Source: Candidatus Nanopusillus sp. (GTDB taxonomy: Archaea > Nanobdellota > Nanobdellia > Nanobdellales > Nanobdellaceae). Taken from it: a DNA stretch of 32,000 bases. Both the position numbers and the translations under genes were made by a program. The DNA lies in NCBI GenBank assembly GCA_028275885.1, contig JAPWTW010000003.1, positions 1 to 32,000 on the forward strand, given 5' to 3'. Position 1 is the stretch's first letter. Each line of letters begins with the position of its first letter. Below, piece by piece: positions 26,257 to 32,000 of the stretch. The notes under the pieces were generated by a model that made no database searches, had not been told where the DNA came from, and saw only the letters and a list, made by a program, of their open reading frames with translations.

Positions 26257-27051
26257 TTATGGCCATATCCATCTTCTATATAAACCTTTTTCATTTGCAA
26301 AATTATTTGCTCTTTGATAGGATTCTATTGTACCAATATCAAACCAATATTCATTATCATCATTATATACATATCCATATAATTTTTCTCCCCTTTTTAT
26401 TAAATATTCAAAGAAATTTCCTATAGAATCTTTACTATAATTAGAATTCATATATTCATCTAATAGATATAACTTTTCCTTTGGAATATAATATATTCCA
26501 GTAGATACTGTAGTATAAGATGGATTTTGAGGTTTTTCATAAAATTCCTTTATTATATTATTTTCTAATTTTACTACTCCATAATTTTTTGCATCATTAT
26601 AATTTTTTATATCATATATTGCCAAAGTTATAGAATTATTTTCATTTCCTAACTTAATTATTTTATTTAAATTAAAGCTAAATAAATTATCCCCCAACAA
26701 TATTAGTAAATTATTGTTTATTTCCATTTCTTTTATTGCATAATGTAAACCACCAATTGATCCTAGTTTATTTTCTTCAGAATTTGACGGCTCAATTACC
26801 AATCTTATTTTTCCAATCTGAGATGGTTCATAAAAAGAATATAATGATGCTAAAATGTGCCTAAAATGATTTTCATATTTTTTATTCGTAGATATAATTA
26901 TTTCATCTGACCCTGTTTCTAATGCTTTTTCTATTATATAGTATATTAAAGGTACTCCTCCTACTGGAAATAATGGTTTTGGTACATAGTCTGATAATGG
27001 TCTAAATCTCCTTGCAAAACCTCCTGCTAATATTAAAGTATCTAGACTCAT
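26257..27051 (-). CDS. Sugar-1-phosphate nucleotidyltransferase (RmlA/GalU/ManC-like)
   Basis: The N-terminal signature LILAGGFARRFRPLSDYVPKPLFPVGGVPLIYY, LLGDNLF, YGVV and EKP indicate the glycosyl-1-P nucleotidylyltransferase fold. Confidence 0.85.
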   Translation of the reverse strand: MSLDTLILAGGFARRFRPLSDYVPKPLFPVGGVPLIYYIIEKALETGSDEIIISTNKKYENHFRHILASLYSFYEPSQIGKIRLVIEPSNSEENKLGSIGGLHYAIKEMEINNNLLILLGDNLFSFNLNKIIKLGNENNSITLAIYDIKNYNDAKNYGVVKLENNIIKEFYEKPQNPSYTTVSTGIYYIPKEKLYLLDEYMNSNYSKDSIGNFFEYLIKRGEKLYGYVYNDDNEYWFDIGTIESYQRANNFANEKGLYRRWIWP

Positions 27052-27073
27052 AAAGAAAAATTATCAAAAAAAT

Positions 27074-30000
27074 TTATGAATAAAATAGTTGATAATTTCC
27101 AAATCCTTGGGGTACAAATGTATTATTTGTAGATATTATATTTCTATTACCTGCTACTATCTTTTCTACAATATAACTAGTAGCAGGTGGTAAATTAATA
27201 AATGTAATATTTCCATTTATAGTTCCTATTATTGATATACCTGCATAATAATTATATAATGTGTTATTTACTTTCGTATTATACATTATACTACTTAAAC
27301 TATTTATGAATCCTTGTGAATTATAATAATATACATCTACACTTCCTGTAGATGTTGTTAAATTATTTATATATCCGCTTCCATATATTGCAATTCCTAA
27401 CTGTGAATTGTATAATGATATATTTGCTGCATTACCTGTTAAATAATATCCAAATATTCCGCCATATGTTGTTACATTTATTATATTATTTGGTTGAGTT
27501 ATATATAATCCAAATACTTGTCCTACCTTTATATAAACATTTTTTATATTATTTCCTGATGATGTTAAATATATTCCAAATATGTTTGATTGTACACTAT
27601 TATTTATTATAATATTATTATTTCCGTTATTTATTCTTATTCCAAATATATTAGAAATTATATTACTGTTCTTTATTGTATTATTTATTGCAATTCCATC
27701 AAAATATACTCCAAATATTTGTCCATTTATGTTTGAATTATCTATTATTACATTATATGGATTATTAATATACACACCCCATACAGAAGATTGTATATTA
27801 GTATTATTTATTGTTGAATTTTGTATATAACCATATATAGATCCTATATTTCCCTTTATTGTAGAATTATATACATTTACTACTGATGGATTTTTTACAT
27901 TTATTCCAAATAATCCCGAATTTATATTTGAATTTATTAAATTTAATTCTCCATTATTTACATTTATTGCAAATAAATTTGTATTAATATTTATATTTTG
28001 TATTGTTACATTTGATGATAATATTTGTATAACAGGTAATCCTGGATTTGCAGGTTCAAATATTGTATTTTGTCCTAATAATGTTATATTTTTACCCTGT
28101 GGATCTATTACTAAGTTTACTAAATATACTCCTGGAGAGAATACTACTACAGGTATAGAACTATTAATTGCAGAATTTATTATTCCTTGTATTTGTGTAC
28201 TACTTAATGTATTATTTACTACAGATACATTATATGCATTTTGTGATATATATATTACTTGTGGATTTGTATATTGATTTAATCCATAACTATTATATGC
28301 ATATACCCTATACCATATGGAATAGTATCCATTACTATCTAATTTTGCATATTGCTGCAATATTCCATTATATAATATATCTGAACATGAATTTGCTATT
28401 GTTACCCATTGATTACTTGTTTGATTTAAGAATTGTATTTGACAATAATATTGACCTAAGGTATTATCATATATATTTGTATTAATTCCTAGTAACCATA
28501 TATTTTCTTTCGTACCATTCGATGGTGTGGGATATACATATGATACATTAAATATTGGTGGGGGTAATGTATAAACATATATTCCGGTTGAATTTATTTG
28601 TCCTAATGGATTGGATGTTGATAATTGTATTGTAATATTTCCCCCATTTGGTATAATATTATATAATCCTGGCAAATTATATGATGAATTTTGATAATTT
28701 AATTGGATAACATTATTACCTGGTGTTACACTTATATTATATGTATTTCCATTTATTGTTATATTTACATTTGGATAATTAATATAGAATGATATATTTA
28801 GTTGATAATAGTTTGATACTGAATTATTAGATGGAGAAATAATATATATTTCTGGATTAACTATAGGAATTACTGTAATTGTAGTAGAATTTGTAGCTCC
28901 ATTTAATGCAACACCAGTTACTGTTACACTATAAGTACCTGGTTGTATATTACTATTTGCACTTACTGTTAAAGTTACTGATGCATTTGGAGTAACTTGA
29001 GTACTTGATAGTGAACAAGATAAATAACTACTATTTGTAGAACAGGATAGAGTAACTGGTAATGGAGATCCACCACTTAATTGAGTAATATTTATTATTG
29101 TAGAATTTGAAGAACCAGCATTTACATATATACTATTTGGTCCCTGTATTGAAAATGAATATGGTTGTACATTAACTATTATAGCAGTAGAATTTGTAGC
29201 TCCATTTAATGCAACACCAGTTACTGTTACACTATAAGTACCTGGTTGTATATTACTATTTGCACTTACTGTTAAAGTTACTGATGCATTTGGAGTAACT
29301 TGAGTACTTGATAGTGAACAAGATAAATAACTACTATTTGTAGAACAGGATAGAGTAACTGGTAAAGCGGTATTTCCTGTTAATTGATTTACATATATTG
29401 TTGTAGAATTACTATAATTTGTATAAACATCTATACTACTTGGTCCTGTAATATTAAAGGTGAATACTGGAAATCCTAATACTAATGCAGAAACATATAC
29501 TGTTGATCCTCCACCACGATTAACAGTAAACGAGATACTATAAGTACCTGGAGCTAATTTATTGCATACCGCAGCATATACACTAGCTGCAGTTCCAGAA
29601 GATGTTAAAAATAATTGTGAACATCCGCTAGGTAATGTTACTCCACTAATAGTTCCTCCTCTATTTGTTCCCCCCGAAGATAATAATATTAATACTGTAT
29701 TATTTTGTCCAGAAATTGTAAATGGAATTGTTACCGTTGTTGTCGCAGTATATGTATTTGTAAAAGTAGTTAAAATAACTGGAACGGAATAATTATTTAA
29801 AGAGACCCCACCTATTACATAACTTGTAGCTGTAGTAGTAAATGAACATGAATTTGTACTAGAATTTCCAATTACTGCATAACCTCTGTTATTTACCATT
29901 ACATTAAAGCTTGGAGTAAGGGTTGAACCGGTAGAAGAAGCAACACAATAATATAAATTTGCTGTAGGTAATGTTATACTATTAGCTACAGCACTATTAT

Positions 30001-30100
30001 TTCCAACAACAGCCGCTCCTACTTGTGAATATATATTGGGTGCAAAAATCAACAATAGAAAATTTATTATAATAAAATATAATATCTTCTTTATCTCCAT
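27074..30100 (-). CDS. Large secreted surface protein: signal peptide, G/S/T-rich N-domain, two tandem 101-aa Ig-like modules, and a NosD/pectate-lyase-like right-handed beta-helix (candidate S-layer protein or adhesin)
   Basis: The best start is ATG 30100 (MEIKKILYFIIINFLLLIFAPNIYSQ, signal-peptide-like); an upstream in-frame ATG at 30151 is the track start. The beta-helix N-cap is TQIQGIINSAINSSIPVVVFSPGVYLVNLVID. About 10 coils of 20-25 aa follow, each with an h-F/W-G-h-x-h motif (LFAINV, LFGINV, WGVYIN, IFGVYF, IFGIRI, IFGIYL, VFGLYI, IFGYYL). There are very many N-x-S/T sequons and no C-terminal TM anchor. Confidence 0.85.
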   Translation of the reverse strand: MEIKKILYFIIINFLLLIFAPNIYSQVGAAVVGNNSAVANSITLPTANLYYCVASSTGSTLTPSFNVMVNNRGYAVIGNSSTNSCSFTTTATSYVIGGVSLNNYSVPVILTTFTNTYTATTTVTIPFTISGQNNTVLILLSSGGTNRGGTISGVTLPSGCSQLFLTSSGTAASVYAAVCNKLAPGTYSISFTVNRGGGSTVYVSALVLGFPVFTFNITGPSSIDVYTNYSNSTTIYVNQLTGNTALPVTLSCSTNSSYLSCSLSSTQVTPNASVTLTVSANSNIQPGTYSVTVTGVALNGATNSTAIIVNVQPYSFSIQGPNSIYVNAGSSNSTIINITQLSGGSPLPVTLSCSTNSSYLSCSLSSTQVTPNASVTLTVSANSNIQPGTYSVTVTGVALNGATNSTTITVIPIVNPEIYIISPSNNSVSNYYQLNISFYINYPNVNITINGNTYNISVTPGNNVIQLNYQNSSYNLPGLYNIIPNGGNITIQLSTSNPLGQINSTGIYVYTLPPPIFNVSYVYPTPSNGTKENIWLLGINTNIYDNTLGQYYCQIQFLNQTSNQWVTIANSCSDILYNGILQQYAKLDSNGYYSIWYRVYAYNSYGLNQYTNPQVIYISQNAYNVSVVNNTLSSTQIQGIINSAINSSIPVVVFSPGVYLVNLVIDPQGKNITLLGQNTIFEPANPGLPVIQILSSNVTIQNININTNLFAINVNNGELNLINSNINSGLFGINVKNPSVVNVYNSTIKGNIGSIYGYIQNSTINNTNIQSSVWGVYINNPYNVIIDNSNINGQIFGVYFDGIAINNTIKNSNIISNIFGIRINNGNNNIIINNSVQSNIFGIYLTSSGNNIKNVYIKVGQVFGLYITQPNNIINVTTYGGIFGYYLTGNAANISLYNSQLGIAIYGSGYINNLTTSTGSVDVYYYNSQGFINSLSSIMYNTKVNNTLYNYYAGISIIGTINGNITFINLPPATSYIVEKIVAGNRNIISTNNTFVPQGFGNYQLFYS
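28859..29464 (-). repeat. Two tandem 303-bp (101-codon) modules inside the surface protein gene, sharing a perfectly identical 179-bp core
   Basis: By direct comparison, 28884..29062 and 29187..29365 are identical base for base (gtagaatttgtagctcc...gagtaactggtaa), with an offset of exactly 303 bp. The remainder of each module is clearly diverged. Confidence 0.95.
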
Positions 30101-30173
30101 GATATATTTAGAAAATATTACCATATATAAAATTATGATTGTTAATAACATTAATCATTTATGATATCAAACC

Positions 30174-30247
30174 CGGGCCCGGGGGGATTCGAACCCCCGA
30201 TCTTCGGGTTAAAAGCCCGACGCTTTACCAGACTAAGCTACGGGCCC
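30174..30247 (-). tRNA. tRNA-Lys (anticodon TTT)
   Basis: The reverse complement GGGCCCG-TA-GCTT-AGTCTGGTA-AAGC-G-TCGGG-CTTTTAA-CCCGA-AGATC-GGGGG-TTCGAAT-CCCCC-CGGGCCC-G folds as a perfect 74-nt cloverleaf. There is no intron and no encoded CCA. It has 47/74 G+C by hand count. Confidence 0.95.
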
Positions 30248-30274
30248 AGCAATATTTAATTTATATTTATGATT

Positions 30275-30290
30275 CTTATATAAATTTTTC
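30275..30290 (-). promoter_or_regulatory. Candidate BRE/TATA promoter of tRNA-Lys
   Basis: The minus strand reads GAAAAA-TTTATATA-AG, with the TATA box centred about 32 nt upstream of the mature tRNA 5' end. That fits a short leader. This is a weak call because the whole genome is AT-rich. Confidence 0.4.
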
Positions 30291-30291
30291 A

Positions 30292-30978
30292 TTATCCATA
30301 TAAAGATATATAATTTATAGATCCATTAAAATATTGAAAATAATTTAAATGTACTGTTGGATAAATATTCATTAATATGTTTGGAAGACCAACAATTTTA
30401 TCTCCATTATACAAGTATAGTACAGTATTATAATTATTTATAATTAAAAATTTTTCATTTGTATTTATGTAAATACTAGAATTTCCAATTAAATTAAAAT
30501 TACAATATAGGAAAGTTCTTGTATATACACTAAAAAAAGATGAACTTAGATAATTGTTGCAATTATAATATGCAGAATTATTTGTTATACTAATATTTTG
30601 TGTTGATCCATATATATAAACTTGTAAAATAGATGATACATTTATATAAGAGTTCTGTATTATTTCTATATTGTTTGAACTCATATTATAAAAAAATTCT
30701 ATACAATTATTACAAATAAATGGATTTGTAGACAAAAATATAACTTTTGGAGTATAATAATATGAAAAAGAAAAATTTAAATAATTATATACTTTTTGTG
30801 GATCATAAAATTGAGAAAAATAAAAAGAACTGGTATATAATTTTTGATATTCAGACATTTTATACAATCCAGAAGAATATTGAGATAATCCATTGACTAC
30901 ATCTTGATACATATAAATTACAATATATAAAAATACAGCAAGTGTAATTAATACTTCAATCCAACTTTGAGACTTCAT
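30292..30978 (-). CDS. Hypothetical N-terminally anchored, pilin-like extracellular protein (228 aa)
   Basis: The N-terminus [24 protein letters not shown] is a short charged leader plus a hydrophobic helix. The rest is N/Y/S-rich with N-x-S/T sequons. The ATG overlaps the stop of the upstream TadC/FlaJ-like gene (ATGA). Confidence 0.6.
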   Translation of the reverse strand: MKSQSWIEVLITLAVFLYIVIYMYQDVVNGLSQYSSGLYKMSEYQKLYTSSFYFSQFYDPQKVYNYLNFSFSYYYTPKVIFLSTNPFICNNCIEFFYNMSSNNIEIIQNSYINVSSILQVYIYGSTQNISITNNSAYYNCNNYLSSSFFSVYTRTFLYCNFNLIGNSSIYINTNEKFLIINNYNTVLYLYNGDKIVGLPNILMNIYPTVHLNYFQYFNGSINYISLYG

Positions 30979-32000
30979 ATTGTTACATTAATAATTTGCT
31001 TTTGTATATATCTTTTCCCATTATAGTTTAATATTGCTTCTACAATATATGTACCAGTATTATTTAAAGCAATAGACTGAGAATAATATCCATTTTGTAA
31101 TATTTGAAAATTCTGATAAACATAACTTCCAGCTGAATTTATTACATATATCGCTAATGGAGCATTTGTTATTGGTTGTGCATCAATATATCCATATACT
31201 TGTATGTTTATTGGGGTATATATATAAGCAGTTGTTGGGAAAACTTGTAAATTAAACGATACAAAAGATGGTAGAACAAAAATTACTATAGATAATAATC
31301 CTATTAAATTGTTTATTGCTAAATGTTTTACTGAAGATCTTATTTTTCCACTTTCAGCAATACCCATTATAATTGATGCCGAAATTCCTACCATGATTAT
31401 TGATAAGGCTGTAATAAATTTTAACCATGAATAATTTATTTGAGAAGAAAAGAAATTGAACTGTGTATGAACAGTAGAAGCTGAAATTTGACTTATTATC
31501 AATGGTTTAATTGTACTTAATATAGAAATTGATAATCCAATGAATATAATAAATATAGCATATAAAACTAATATTTGTTGCGATACATATGCTCTCTTTA
31601 GTCCATCCAATTCCTTTACAGATTCTAGATCATTGTATAATCTTTTTAAAACCTTTGAAATATCACCTCCACCTTTATATGTTTCTAATATTACATAATT
31701 AATCATCTTTATATTTGGAAGGTCTTCAAAATACATGTTAAATAATGTAAATGCTTTTTCAAATGGCATACCCCAAACAATCCAATTATATAATTTTTTA
31801 ACTAAAACAGATAGATATCCCAAATCTATTGATGATAAATATGCCAGAGCATCCAATAATGTCATTCCAGATGCTAAACTTTCAGATAGATAAGATAGAA
31901 AATATGTATAATTATTAGATATATTTTCATATATTTTACTTTCAATATACTTGTAAAATAGGTATGGAACTCCTCCCACAAGATATATAACTATTATTAA
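30975..32000 (-). CDS. TadC/FlaJ-type (T2SS-F domain) membrane platform protein of an archaeal type IV filament system, 3' portion; the gene continues beyond the right edge
   Basis: The T2SSF-like segment is LSESLASGMTLLDALAYLSS...WGMPFEKAF...ETYKGGGDISKVLKRL, followed by TM helices. The track start (GTG 31979) is arbitrary, because the frame stays open to position 32000. The C-terminal 92 aa form an extra soluble beta-type domain. Confidence 0.8.
   Translation of the reverse strand, partial: LIIVIYLVGGVPYLFYKYIESKIYENISNNYTYFLSYLSESLASGMTLLDALAYLSSIDLGYLSVLVKKLYNWIVWGMPFEKAFTLFNMYFEDLPNIKMINYVILETYKGGGDISKVLKRLYNDLESVKELDGLKRAYVSQQILVLYAIFIIFIGLSISILSTIKPLIISQISASTVHTQFNFFSSQINYSWLKFITALSIIMVGISASIIMGIAESGKIRSSVKHLAINNLIGLLSIVIFVLPSFVSFNLQVFPTTAYIYTPINIQVYGYIDAQPITNAPLAIYVINSAGSYVYQNFQILQNGYYSQSIALNNTGTYIVEAILNYNGKRYIQKQIINVTI

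Noticed and set aside
28859-29464. Template/variable repeat pair of a diversity-generating retroelement in the surface protein gene
   Set aside because: The shared core is 100% identical rather than differing at adenine positions. The divergent parts differ at all base types. No reverse transcriptase or accessory gene is present in the window.
27352-29792. Four plus-strand ORFs (27352..27612, 27582..27830, 28168..28485, 29562..29792) antisense to the large surface protein gene
   Set aside because: They are shadow ORFs of a long repeat-rich gene. Their translations are low-complexity L/I/Y/F strings with no independent start context.
30101-30151. Upstream in-frame ATG giving a 1025-aa version of the surface protein
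   Set aside because: The extension ([17 protein letters not shown]) would bury the good signal peptide that begins at MEIKKILYF. The ATG at 30100 gives a canonical n-h-c signal. The longer form is kept as an alternative only.
30174-30247. tRNA-Lys as an integration site marking the surface locus as a genomic island
   Set aside because: I found no direct repeat of the tRNA 3' half elsewhere in the window, and no integrase or recombinase gene. The only partial match (ccgggccc at about 6655) is an 8-mer inside top6B.
1-32000. CRISPR arrays, transposases/IS elements, rRNA genes, split or intron-containing tRNA genes
   Set aside because: There are no regularly spaced direct repeats and no transposase-like ORFs. 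The only GC-rich structured islands are the two intact tRNA genes.

Overview
This is a very AT-rich, extremely gene-dense archaeal chromosome segment. It holds about 40 genes, mostly on the minus strand. Many neighbours overlap by 4-14 bp (ATGA-type junctions), and several convergent genes overlap at their 3' ends. I saw no Shine-Dalgarno-like motifs. Two intact tRNA genes (Asn-GTT, Lys-TTT) stand out as about 65% G+C islands by hand count, a pattern typical of thermophiles with AT-rich genomes. Gene content is unambiguously archaeal: topoisomerase VI B/A, TFS, aIF5B, aSUI1, RNase P Rpp29, S6e, Kae1, AGOG, aDim2-like KH protein, Sec11-type signal peptidase and a DUF1628-type pilin. The shortened I/K/N/Y-rich proteins and scrambled operons suggest a genome-reduced DPANN/Nanoarchaeota-like symbiont; that is inference, not verified. 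Most of the window is housekeeping. No CRISPR array, transposase, integrase or recognisable defence system is visible.

Main points of interest:
1. The right-hand block (26.2-32 kb) is the one clearly accessory region and my best candidate for an undescribed cell-surface or host-contact apparatus. It encodes a TadC/FlaJ-type platform protein with an extra C-terminal beta-sandwich domain, a pilin-like protein, tRNA-Lys, a 1008-aa secreted beta-helix protein with two tandem 303-bp modules sharing a perfectly identical 179-bp core, and a sugar nucleotidyltransferase.
2. Kae1 carries a ~75-80 aa insertion.
3. A pyrophosphatase-like ORF has lost its acidic catalytic residues.
4. The stomatin gene's conserved C-terminal tail continues in another reading frame.
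5. A 44-codon L29-like ORF absent from the ORF track sits in a relic L29-SUI1-Rpp29 string.

Several track ORF starts are TTG extensions; I moved these to the first ATG.
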